A stretch of DNA of 64,000 nt from Myxococcota bacterium (GTDB lineage: Bacteria > Myxococcota_A > UBA9160 > UBA4427): the NCBI GenBank assembly GCA_965250285.1, contig OZ252299.1, forward strand, positions 2,560,001 through 2,624,000, given 5' to 3'. Positions 1-8,406 of this stretch are shown piece by piece. Positions within the stretch are counted from its first letter, which is position 1, and every line of letters starts with the position of its first letter. The notes beneath the pieces were generated by a model, which was given only the letters and a program-made list of their open reading frames with translations, was not told the origin of the DNA and searched no databases. The position numbers were made by a program, and so were the translations under genes.

Positions 1-2348
1 CGGAGACATCCCAGGTGGAAGGCGATCGCCCGGGAACCACCCCCAGATAGCGCCAGTCCGACGTCTCTGGGCGAGGTCACATCATTCGAAATGCCCGATG
101 TCGATGACGCATCCATCGACACGACCACCGAGTTCTGCAGTCGGCGCTCAGTGCGGAACAGATGCGCTCCCATAGTCGGGTCATCCGGACTTCCAGACAG
201 AATCAGAAGAAGGCAGGTCCGTCGGTTCGACCCAGGGGTCGCGAGCAACTGATAGACGGCGCCTATGTCAACCTCACTCGGCTCCGCGCGGGACCGCGGG
301 TGGGTGTGCCAGCTGCCGACACATCTCACTGACTTGCGAAACCGGCCCTCTTTCTCTGCCGCCGCCTCTTCCATTCCTTCGACGCCGCAAGTGAAGTGGA
401 GTGCGGATGCATCGCTGTCGGGCGGTGGACCTGCGACCTCGGTCACCCAAAGCACGCCCGCCGCCTCACTCAGCTCGCCGAAGATCAGCCCTCCAGTCTC
501 GCAATCACGCCCCGCTGTCCTCTCGGACCGGCGTGCCCATCCGCGCATCTCCCGCAGGGCTTCCGGAGAGATCCGGATTGAGAACTCGTGGCTAGGGTCA
601 TCCAGAACCAGCTCGCTCGACCACCCGAATTCATGGAGCTCTCCTCCACCTGAGAACATCCAGCCCGCGGCAGCACTCGGCTGGTCGTGGCTGCGGAGCG
701 CGTTGGCGATTGCGTTCATCGCACGCGCGGATAGTGACGCGAGGTCGGCATCTGAGCCGACGAACGTTGGCTCAGAGCACCCTGGTTCAGGCTGGAAACG
801 TGCGGGGTCGCCCTCAGAGGGCCAGAAGGTGTCGCGCAGCGCGCCAAGGACGGAGGGATCCCGGCACGCAGCAATCTTCAGGCGACGCAGCAGATCCAAC
901 GTCCCACCGCTATGGCCCGGCATGGAGAGCGTCGCAATGGCTGACGAAGCGTCAAAGCCGATCCCCAGCGAAGCAATCGGCGGACGGACTCCTTCCGAAC
1001 GCAACACCCGCTCCGCCTTGGTTCGCACCGGCTGAGATGCAGTGCAGTCGATGATGATGTCGACATCGGAGAAAGGGGATGGGTCGTCGAGCAGGTAGAG
1101 CAGGTTACTAGCCAGCGCCTCGGCCTCTAGCTGAGAGTCGACCCTGCGCAGTCTGTCCCCGAGAGCCTCTGCTTTCGGTCTTCCGATGTCGGACTCATCG
1201 AAGCACTGCCGGACAAGAATGCCCGGTACCACCGTCCCGTTGTCAATCAGGCGGAGGGTCGAGGCGCCTGCCCGAGCGATCGATTCCGCGACTCGGGATC
1301 CGATCGCGCCGCATCCCCAGATCTCGACTCTTTTGCCCCGGAACCACGACATCGGAGAGTCGGAGTCACGACGACGAGTGACCTCGGGGCGCATCTCGCG
1401 AACAGGGCACCAGCCTACTTTGGCCTCGAGCGACCACTTCGCCACTTGAGCGATTGCCGCGTCCCGCCCTTCCTCGCTGGGCTCGCCCGAGGACTTCTGC
1501 ATCTCGCGAAGCTGGTCGGCGTCTTCTCCGGACACCTCCCAAACAGCAAGATGCTGTAGAAGTGGGCCGCTTGCCTCGACTCGCCGCATCGGGGTGCCCA
1601 GAACCACGAGCAACGGCAGCCCGCGGTCAGTGCGGGCAGCAAGGGCCGCCAGCAACCACAGGAAGGTTGCCGTTTCGATTCCCTGGTCGTCGAGCTCCTT
1701 GAGGAGTTCGTTTACCGTCCCGGGGTACTCGAAGGGCAATGGCCGCGGCAACAGGATCGCGGGGGCGAATACCGCGGGCGCCCCTTCAGACGCACGGACC
1801 CACGCGGCGATCTCGGTTCTGTTCGGGAACTCTTGAAGCTCTGCGTATCCGACCCAGCCCCCTTCGCCTACGTCGGGCGTGTCCGCTCGCGGAACCACGA
1901 GACGCGCGGTGGATTCGTATGCAACCGGCGGATGTAGCGGCGCGTCGTCTGGGTCAAGATTGCAGACCGCCGCGTCACGAACCCACTGGTCCAGTCGGGC
2001 CACAAAGCCATACATCCCACCGTCCGGGTCCCACTCGAGTGTGCTCTGATAGAGACAAGGGTGGCGGCGCCATTGCACGTGCGGGAAGCCTGCGAACCGG
2101 TCATGGGCAACGGCGACGCGCGGGTACACGAACGGGAATTGAGGGGAGATCGCGAGGTGGAAGTGCTCCCTGGCGCGAACAGGCAAGCCCTCGGGCGCGC
2201 GCTCCAACCCATCGAAGCGGATCGAGATCTCGAACTTCAGTATCGAGCCGTCTTCGCTCGTCGACTCGGAGATCAGCTCGACACTTCCATCCGATGCTTC
2301 CGAGATCTCCTGGAGCTGCTCCCTCGCTGACGCCTGGCCATCGGTCAT
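1..2348 (-). CDS. Prokaryotic E2 - E1(ThiF) - JAB/MPN - patatin multidomain fusion, >780 aa, 3' end beyond the window edge (not in the ORF track)
   Basis: Hand translation from ATG 2348 (TGATG overlap with the upstream stop) found no in-frame stop down to base 3. E2-like FPFVYP...FPHVQWRRHPCLYQSTLEWDP (~2140-2025). ThiF IWGCGAIGS, LIDNGTVVPGILVRQ, DIGRPKA, DIIIDCTAS and EPGCSEPTF (~1325-760). JAB ETGGLIFG...VGSWHTHPRSRAEPSEVD (~500-265). Patatin VGLALSGGGSRAIAFHLGCL (62-3). Confidence 0.9.
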   Translation of the reverse strand, partial: MTDGQASAREQLQEISEASDGSVELISESTSEDGSILKFEISIRFDGLERAPEGLPVRAREHFHLAISPQFPFVYPRVAVAHDRFAGFPHVQWRRHPCLYQSTLEWDPDGGMYGFVARLDQWVRDAAVCNLDPDDAPLHPPVAYESTARLVVPRADTPDVGEGGWVGYAELQEFPNRTEIAAWVRASEGAPAVFAPAILLPRPLPFEYPGTVNELLKELDDQGIETATFLWLLAALAARTDRGLPLLVVLGTPMRRVEASGPLLQHLAVWEVSGEDADQLREMQKSSGEPSEEGRDAAIAQVAKWSLEAKVGWCPVREMRPEVTRRRDSDSPMSWFRGKRVEIWGCGAIGSRVAESIARAGASTLRLIDNGTVVPGILVRQCFDESDIGRPKAEALGDRLRRVDSQLEAEALASNLLYLLDDPSPFSDVDIIIDCTASQPVRTKAERVLRSEGVRPPIASLGIGFDASSAIATLSMPGHSGGTLDLLRRLKIAACRDPSVLGALRDTFWPSEGDPARFQPEPGCSEPTFVGSDADLASLSARAMNAIANALRSHDQPSAAAGWMFSGGGELHEFGWSSELVLDDPSHEFSIRISPEALREMRGWARRSERTAGRDCETGGLIFGELSEAAGVLWVTEVAGPPPDSDASALHFTCGVEGMEEAAAEKEGRFRKSVRCVGSWHTHPRSRAEPSEVDIGAVYQLLATPGSNRRTCLLLILSGSPDDPTMGAHLFRTERRLQNSVVVSMDASSTSGISNDVTSPRDVGLALSGGGSRAIAFHLGCL

Positions 2349-3544
2349 CAGCCGTACGTTACTGCGGCTCCAGGCGTCGCGTCCGAACCACGCGCCTCGG
2401 ATGCTGCGGCAGACGCCGTCTTCGCGGTCGCAGGGGTCGCGAGGGTCTTGATCGCCCCGCCCTCAAGGGTCACCACGATGGGGGTCGGATTCTCCATCGT
2501 GCACAGGAACGACTCGGTGACCGTCTCATAGCGGCGCTTTGCTTTGGCGTGCGGCGGGTTATCACCAGGCTGGTTCGACGAAGGCACCGGATTCGAGCTC
2601 GACACAATGCGATTGGGACTCTGCGAGGCAGCCGCCATCGCATCGAGAATGTGCTGCTTGAGGACCTCGTCGCCACCGTTCTCATCCTTCCAGTACATGA
2701 CGGACTTCGAACAGTGGTGCGGGGCGAGGAGGACGTTCCACGCGAGATCGTCGGGCTGACTGACGTCAAAGATGCGCTTGATCGTCGGGTACTTGAGATC
2801 ACCGAGCAGGAGAGCACGAAGCGCCTGCTGGCCATCGAAGAGGGACACCTGGAGACCGAGACTCGTCGCGTTCCGCTCGCCCGAGTCGTCGCCCTTGAAG
2901 GGGGCATGGACAAAGCCGCGGAAGGCTCCGGTCAGGTCGACGTAGTCCACAGATTCAAACTGAGTCCCAGGAACGACGATCCGGCTGCTCGGGAAGCCGT
3001 TGAATTCGGGCTCCTCGAGTAGTTCGGAGTAGCCGAAAATCCGAACCCTGTTCCCGGAGCCAGGGTCACCGCTGGCGCTGACCGTCGCTCGAACCCTGCG
3101 TTCCGCCTCCTTCTTGAAGGCGGTGGCGTCGTCGCACAGGTCCTTGTGGTACTCGCGGAAGACGCGGGGGGTGAACCAAAGCTCGCCGATGTCGACCCTC
3201 TCGAGAAGGGCCTCGAAACCGCGGCAGTGGTCCTGGTCGGGGTGCGTGAGAGCGAACGCCGCGAGGTACGGACGGCCTCCGCGTCGTGGCAGCCGGCTCG
3301 CGAGCTCGTCCACGACCGACCAGGCGTTGTCCTCGTCGCTCTCCGATTTCTCGAGGTGGTTGATATCCACCTGGATGAACGTCTCGGCATCGACGGCGAT
3401 CGTCGTGCTATCGCCGTTGCCGACGGGCCAGAAGACGAAACCGCGCGGGGGGAGTTGGAAAGTCACGATGTCCTCCTCGGAACCGGGCTCGGGGAAGGCC
3501 AGGTTCCGTTTATTGTCGTCTGGCCCTGTGTCAGCTCCGGACAC
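2348..3544 (-). CDS. ComEC/Rec2-like metallo-beta-lactamase-fold hydrolase with Ala/Thr-rich tail ending ...AAVTYG
   Basis: Motifs VGNGDST, LTHPDQDHCRG, NATS, LLLGDL, APHHCSK. Translationally coupled to the E2-E1-JAB ORF. Confidence 0.85.
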   Translation of the reverse strand: MSGADTGPDDNKRNLAFPEPGSEEDIVTFQLPPRGFVFWPVGNGDSTTIAVDAETFIQVDINHLEKSESDEDNAWSVVDELASRLPRRGGRPYLAAFALTHPDQDHCRGFEALLERVDIGELWFTPRVFREYHKDLCDDATAFKKEAERRVRATVSASGDPGSGNRVRIFGYSELLEEPEFNGFPSSRIVVPGTQFESVDYVDLTGAFRGFVHAPFKGDDSGERNATSLGLQVSLFDGQQALRALLLGDLKYPTIKRIFDVSQPDDLAWNVLLAPHHCSKSVMYWKDENGGDEVLKQHILDAMAAASQSPNRIVSSSNPVPSSNQPGDNPPHAKAKRRYETVTESFLCTMENPTPIVVTLEGGAIKTLATPATAKTASAAASEARGSDATPGAAVTYG

Positions 3545-3658
3545 AGGGCCAGCTGCGGCGGCGACGCTGGGGGGGGGTGGAGGACGCCGTCTGGTACAGC
3601 CGAACTAGATAGGCACGGCAGGCGTTCGGTCAAGCCGCGGGGGCCTGCTAGCGCGGCT

Positions 3659-3793
3659 GTGCCTCAGAGGTGCCTCAAGCCAGAAAACAGGCTTGCAAGC
3701 TATTGTTTTTGAAAAGAAAATGGTGGAGGCGGAGGAATATACCCTGCGTCCGCTTCAATCAAATCAAGCACTTATGACGGAATCAGGTGCCTC
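3659..3793 (-). repeat. att-like junction A: degenerate ssrA 3'-end copy with arm repeats and IHF-like box
   Basis: GTGCCTCAGAGGTGCCTCA 3659-3677; TGGTGGAGGCGGAGGAATATACCCTGCGTCC from 3721; AATCAAGCACTTA 3762-3774; GTGCCTC 3787-3793. Confidence 0.85.
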
Positions 3794-3856
3794 GTAGGAG
3801 CTCGCCTCCCTTCGAGCCTTTCCCCGCGGGCGAGGCGCCATGCGCTCCAGCGGGAT

Positions 3857-3880
3857 AAAGTCAACATCGTTGTTGCCTTT
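3857..3880. promoter_or_regulatory. Probable TetR operator palindrome
   Basis: AAAGTCAACA-TCGT-TGTTGCCTTT (1 mismatch) just upstream of the TetR gene. Confidence 0.55.
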
Positions 3881-3906
3881 GACCGTGGTCGAGCTACCCA
3901 TTCTTC

Positions 3907-4527
3907 ATGGTCGACTCAAGCCGTGCACGTCGCAGCGACTTCGAAGACAACCGTGCCCGTCTACTGGCCGCGGCTCGCCAGCTCATCGCCGAGCGCGGTC
4001 CCGAGGGACTCTCCATCTCCGAGGTGGTGCGGCTCGCTGATCTCAATCGCACCACTGCCTACAAGCACTTTCGCACCCGCGACGAGCTCGTCTCTGCGGT
4101 CATGGAATCGCTCGCCGAGGAGGTGGGCGAGATGCTCACCCGGCCCATGCCCTTTGGTGAGCGCATCGACTTCATGGCGCGGTTCTTCGTTCAGCATCCC
4201 GAGGTCGGACGCCTGGCCCTCCACCACCTGTTGGCCGAGAACCCGTTTCCCAGGGCGGCATGGGATCTCTTCGTGGGCCAGCTGGAGAAGCTCGCGAAGA
4301 GCGATCGCGCCCAGGACGGCATCCACTCGGAGATGCTCGGCCACATCCTGATGGCCGTCGGGATCATGTGGGGGATGCAGGCCAGCGCGTTCTACGACGA
4401 CGAGGCCGCACTCGCCAAGGCGACCGACGCACTCGGGCGCGAGCTGAAGCGCCTCATGCTCTACGGCGTACTGAAGCCCGAGGCATGGCCTGAGCTCACT
4501 CGCGTCGTCGAAGACGAAGTCCAGTGA
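3907..4527 (+). CDS. TetR/AcrR family regulator
   Basis: N-terminal HTH LLAAARQLIAERG...ISEVVRLADLNRTTAYKHF. Confidence 0.92.
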   Translation: MVDSSRARRSDFEDNRARLLAAARQLIAERGPEGLSISEVVRLADLNRTTAYKHFRTRDELVSAVMESLAEEVGEMLTRPMPFGERIDFMARFFVQHPEVGRLALHHLLAENPFPRAAWDLFVGQLEKLAKSDRAQDGIHSEMLGHILMAVGIMWGMQASAFYDDEAALAKATDALGRELKRLMLYGVLKPEAWPELTRVVEDEVQ

Positions 4528-4558
4528 CGGAAACCACGCAAGATCCCAGGAGGCTCGC

Positions 4559-5833
4559 ATGACGAGCATCGACTATGAGCCCGCGTCACCCGAGGTCAAG
4601 CAGGACCCCTACCCCTTCTATGAAGCCATGCGCCGGGAGTCCCCCGTCTACCGAATCCCCAGCACGGGCTTCTACGCCGTGTCCCGCTACGACGATGTGA
4701 TGCGCGTGCTCAAGGATCCGGAGGTCTTTTCGTCCAACGGCATGCGACTCATGATGATGAGCGCCATGACGGGCGGCGTCCAGAACATGGCGCTCGACGT
4801 GGAGGACATCCGGGCCGAGCGAGAGAAGGTGGCCGAGCAGCTCGACTTCGACCCGGGGATGTTCCTCTCAGCCCAGACGGTCATCTCCTCGGATCCACCC
4901 GAGCATGGCCGGCTGCGCAGCATCGTGAACCGTGGATTCACACCCCGCCGGATCTCCGCCCTGGAACCCCGTGTGCGCGAGATCGCGCGTCAGCTTCTCG
5001 ACTCAGCCCTCGACGGAGACTCCGGCGACTTCGATCTGGTTCACGACTACTCCGTTCCGCTTCCGGTTCGGGTCATCGCCGAGCTTCTCGGTGTCGAGCC
5101 CGAACGGCGTGCCGACTTCAAGCGTTGGTCCGACACGGTCGTGTCGGGCGCGTCGGGCAGCGCCGCGACGCCGCAGGAGATGATCTCGACCTTCGGCGAG
5201 TTCACGGCGTACTTCAACGAGATCAGCGATCGCCGGCGCAAGGAGCCGGCCAACGACCTGATCAGCACCCTCGTCCAGGCAGAGGACGGAGACACGCTCA
5301 CCCCTGTCGAGGTGATCATGTTCGCCGTTCTGCTTCTCGTCGCCGGCAACGAGACCACGACGAACCTGATTGGAAACGGTGTCCAGGCGCTCCTCGCTCA
5401 TCCCGATCAGCTCGAGAAAGTCGGGGCCGACAGGACCCTGATCCCGGGGTTCGTCGAAGAGGCCCTTCGCTACGACTCCCCGGTGCAGGCCCTGTTCCGG
5501 CAGGCGAAGGACGACGTCGAGGTCGCGGGTACGAAGATCCCGAAGAACTCGATCGTGCTCCCGCTCTTCGCCTCCGCGAATCGCGACGACTCGCAGTTCA
5601 AGGATGCAGCGCGGTTCGACATCACCCGCAATCCCCAGGGCCACGTGGCGTTCGGCTTCGGGATCCACTTCTGCCTCGGCGCGTCTCTGGCGCGGCTGGA
5701 GGCGAAGGTCGCGTTCGAGGAGCTGCTGGGTCGCACGGCGCGCCTCGAGCGCCTCGAGCCCGAGACCGACTACATCGATTCCTTCCTTCTCAGGGGGCCT
5801 CGTGCCCTACCGCTCCAGTATGCGGCGGCCTGA
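4559..5833 (+). CDS. Cytochrome P450 (1 of 5)
   Basis: AGNETT, EALR, FGFGIHFCLG; AGGAGG RBS. Confidence 0.97.
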   Translation: MTSIDYEPASPEVKQDPYPFYEAMRRESPVYRIPSTGFYAVSRYDDVMRVLKDPEVFSSNGMRLMMMSAMTGGVQNMALDVEDIRAEREKVAEQLDFDPGMFLSAQTVISSDPPEHGRLRSIVNRGFTPRRISALEPRVREIARQLLDSALDGDSGDFDLVHDYSVPLPVRVIAELLGVEPERRADFKRWSDTVVSGASGSAATPQEMISTFGEFTAYFNEISDRRRKEPANDLISTLVQAEDGDTLTPVEVIMFAVLLLVAGNETTTNLIGNGVQALLAHPDQLEKVGADRTLIPGFVEEALRYDSPVQALFRQAKDDVEVAGTKIPKNSIVLPLFASANRDDSQFKDAARFDITRNPQGHVAFGFGIHFCLGASLARLEAKVAFEELLGRTARLERLEPETDYIDSFLLRGPRALPLQYAAA

Positions 5834-5851
5834 GCACACAGGAGACCTCCG

Positions 5852-7078
5852 ATGAGTGCGACTCCGCAAGTCCCGACCGACCCCTACCTGAGCGACGAGT
5901 TCATCTCGGATCCCGTCGGCGTCATCGACCGGATGCGCGAGGAGGATGCGGTCCATCTCATCCCCGGCTTCAATGCCTGGATGGTCACGCGCTGGAAGGA
6001 CGTGCGGGAGCTCTTCACGCACCCGAGCACCACGAACGATCGCCGTGCGTACGAAAACTACAATCTCCCACCGGAGGGGTCGGCCGCGCGTTGGTTCGCC
6101 GAGAACAGCCTCTTCGCCGTCGAGCCCGAGCGGCACGCGCGGATGCGGAATCTCGTGTCGGCAGCGCTCACGCCTCGGGCCGTCAAGCGGATGGAGGGGC
6201 AGGTTCGGGAGGTCGTCGGGCAGTTCGCGCAAAAGCTCCGCGGAAGGACGGGTGTCGTCGACGTCATGGCCGAGTTCACCGAGCCGATCCCGAACACCGT
6301 GATCGGTCGCATCTCCGGCATCCCGCAGAAGGGAGACGACGAGTATCGCTGGCGGCAGCTGGGTCGCGACTCGGTGCGCGGAATCAACCCCTTTCTCTCG
6401 CCCGAGGAGCGCAAGCGTTCGGAAGACGCGCTCGCCGAGATCTGTGACTGGGTGCGCGCGATCGCGAGCGAACGTCGTCGGCAGCCGCGAGAGGACATCA
6501 TCTCGGACCTCGTTCAGGTCACACACGAGGACGACCGGATGACGATCGACGAGATCGTTCTCGTCGTGGCCGCGCTCGTCGCAGCGGGGACCGAAACGAC
6601 GACGATCGCCAGCACGCGAGGCATCCGGGCGTTGCTCCAACACCCGGACCAGATGGAGCGGCTGCGTGCGAATCCTGAGCTCATGCCCAACGCAGTAGAC
6701 GAGCTGCTGCGTTGGGACTTCGGCTCGGTCGGCCTCCCGCGCTATGCGGCAGAGGACTTCGAGTTCCGTGGCAAGCCGATCAAGAAGGGGCAGCTCCTCA
6801 TGCTCAACATGATGGGCGCGCATCGCGATCCGAGCGTCTTTCCGAACCCGAACGCACTCGACCTCGCGCGAGATACGAAGGCACTCACGATCTTCGGTCA
6901 CGGTCCCCACTACTGCCTGGGCGCGAACCTCGCCCGGCAGGAGCTGCGCTGCATGTACGAGGCCGCCCTCGACTTCCTCCCCGAGGATGCGCGGCTTCTC
7001 GAAGACCAGATTCAGTGGACTCGCGTCGTGATGTTCACGTCGATCGACTCGCTGCCGGTGGATTTCGGCACCGCATAG
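5852..7078 (+). CDS. Cytochrome P450 (2 of 5)
   Basis: AGTETT, ELLR, FGHGPHYCLG. Confidence 0.96.
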   Translation: MSATPQVPTDPYLSDEFISDPVGVIDRMREEDAVHLIPGFNAWMVTRWKDVRELFTHPSTTNDRRAYENYNLPPEGSAARWFAENSLFAVEPERHARMRNLVSAALTPRAVKRMEGQVREVVGQFAQKLRGRTGVVDVMAEFTEPIPNTVIGRISGIPQKGDDEYRWRQLGRDSVRGINPFLSPEERKRSEDALAEICDWVRAIASERRRQPREDIISDLVQVTHEDDRMTIDEIVLVVAALVAAGTETTTIASTRGIRALLQHPDQMERLRANPELMPNAVDELLRWDFGSVGLPRYAAEDFEFRGKPIKKGQLLMLNMMGAHRDPSVFPNPNALDLARDTKALTIFGHGPHYCLGANLARQELRCMYEAALDFLPEDARLLEDQIQWTRVVMFTSIDSLPVDFGTA

Positions 7079-7122
7079 GGCGCTGAACACACGACCTGAG
7101 ATCCAGATGAGGAGAACTCTCG

Positions 7123-8406
7123 ATGGCCGAGCAGACCACTGGCTCCGGACCCTTCGGCTTCCTGCCGCGTGATCCCGAGGAGCTGCATGCCTTCCTCGCG
7201 GATCTCCGCGAGAACAAGCCGGTCCACCAGATCCCACCTGCCGGCGTCTGGGCGATCACCCGCTACGAAGACGTGGTCCACGTACTGAAGCACCACGAGC
7301 TGTTCTCTTCGGAGGCGCTCCGGACCATGGGGATGGGCATGGCGGGCATCGCGGCCGATTCGCTCGAGACCAGTCTCTCCAGCGACAACGCGGCCGTTCT
7401 CTTCCGAACGACACCGACGGTCATCACCGCGGATCCTCCCCGACATGGGCGCCTACGCAACATCGTGAACCGAGGCTTCACGCCCAGCCGGATCGAACGC
7501 GTGGCGCCACGGATCAGGGAGATCACGACGGAACTTCTCGATGACGTGGTGGCCCGAGGCGAAATGGAGCTGATGAGCGACCTCGCGGTTCCGCTGCCCG
7601 TCACCGTCATCGCCGAGCTGCTGGGCGTCGCACCCGAGCGGGGCGACGACTTCAAGCGGTGGTCGGATCTCTTCATCTCAACGCTCGCGCAAATGCCCGA
7701 CGCCGAGACCTTCAAGAAGATCGAGGCCGCGATGCAGGAGTTCGCGAAGTACTTCGATGAGGTCGTCCAGGAGCGGCGGCGACGACCGACTGACGATCTG
7801 GTGAGCACCATCGTGCACGCCGAGACCGAGGACGGCGCCCTGAGTAACGTGGAGGTTCTGGCCTTCTGCCGGCTCCTGCTCATCGCCGGAAACGAGACCA
7901 CCACAAACCTGCTCGCACGGATGATCATGACCCTGCTCGATCATCCGGATCAACTCGCGAAGCTCCGGGCTGATCTCAGCTTGCTGCCGAACGCCGTCGA
8001 GGAGACGCTTCGCTATGCGGGCGTCGTCCCGGCACTACCGCGCCTGACGACACAAAAGGTCGAGGTCGGAGGGGTGAAGATTCCCGCCGGACAGATCGTA
8101 CTCCCGTTCTTCATGGCCGCGAACCGTGATCCACGCCGCTTTCCCGACCCTGACCGATTCGACATAACGCGCAAGACCACGGGCCACCTCGCCTTCGGCT
8201 TTGGGGCGCACTTCTGCCTTGGCGCACACCTCGCGCGCCTCGAGACGCGCATCGCAATGGAGGGAGTCCTCGGGCGGCTTCCGAACTTCCGAATCGCGCG
8301 CACGAGCGAAGAGAAGCACGTGCTGACGGGGCAGGCGGAGGCCATCTACGTCGAGTTCGACGAAGGAGAGACCGACGGCGGCAGGGTTGAGGTGCCAGGT
8401 GTCTGA
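7123..8406 (+). CDS. Cytochrome P450 (3 of 5)
   Basis: AGNETT, ETLR, FGFGAHFCLG. Confidence 0.96.
   Translation: MAEQTTGSGPFGFLPRDPEELHAFLADLRENKPVHQIPPAGVWAITRYEDVVHVLKHHELFSSEALRTMGMGMAGIAADSLETSLSSDNAAVLFRTTPTVITADPPRHGRLRNIVNRGFTPSRIERVAPRIREITTELLDDVVARGEMELMSDLAVPLPVTVIAELLGVAPERGDDFKRWSDLFISTLAQMPDAETFKKIEAAMQEFAKYFDEVVQERRRRPTDDLVSTIVHAETEDGALSNVEVLAFCRLLLIAGNETTTNLLARMIMTLLDHPDQLAKLRADLSLLPNAVEETLRYAGVVPALPRLTTQKVEVGGVKIPAGQIVLPFFMAANRDPRRFPDPDRFDITRKTTGHLAFGFGAHFCLGAHLARLETRIAMEGVLGRLPNFRIARTSEEKHVLTGQAEAIYVEFDEGETDGGRVEVPGV

Noticed and set aside
265..3022. Plus-strand ORFs 265-1035 and 1739-3022
   Set aside because: Antisense shadows of the motif-bearing E2-E1-JAB-patatin and MBL genes.
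1..3544. Calling the left module a canonical CBASS
   Set aside because: No CD-NTase is visible, and an MBL occupies the position upstream of E2-E1. A cyclase beyond the window edge cannot be excluded.
3569..3578. G-run upstream of the MBL gene as a phase-variation switch
   Set aside because: A single short homopolymer with no evidence of length variation from one sequence.
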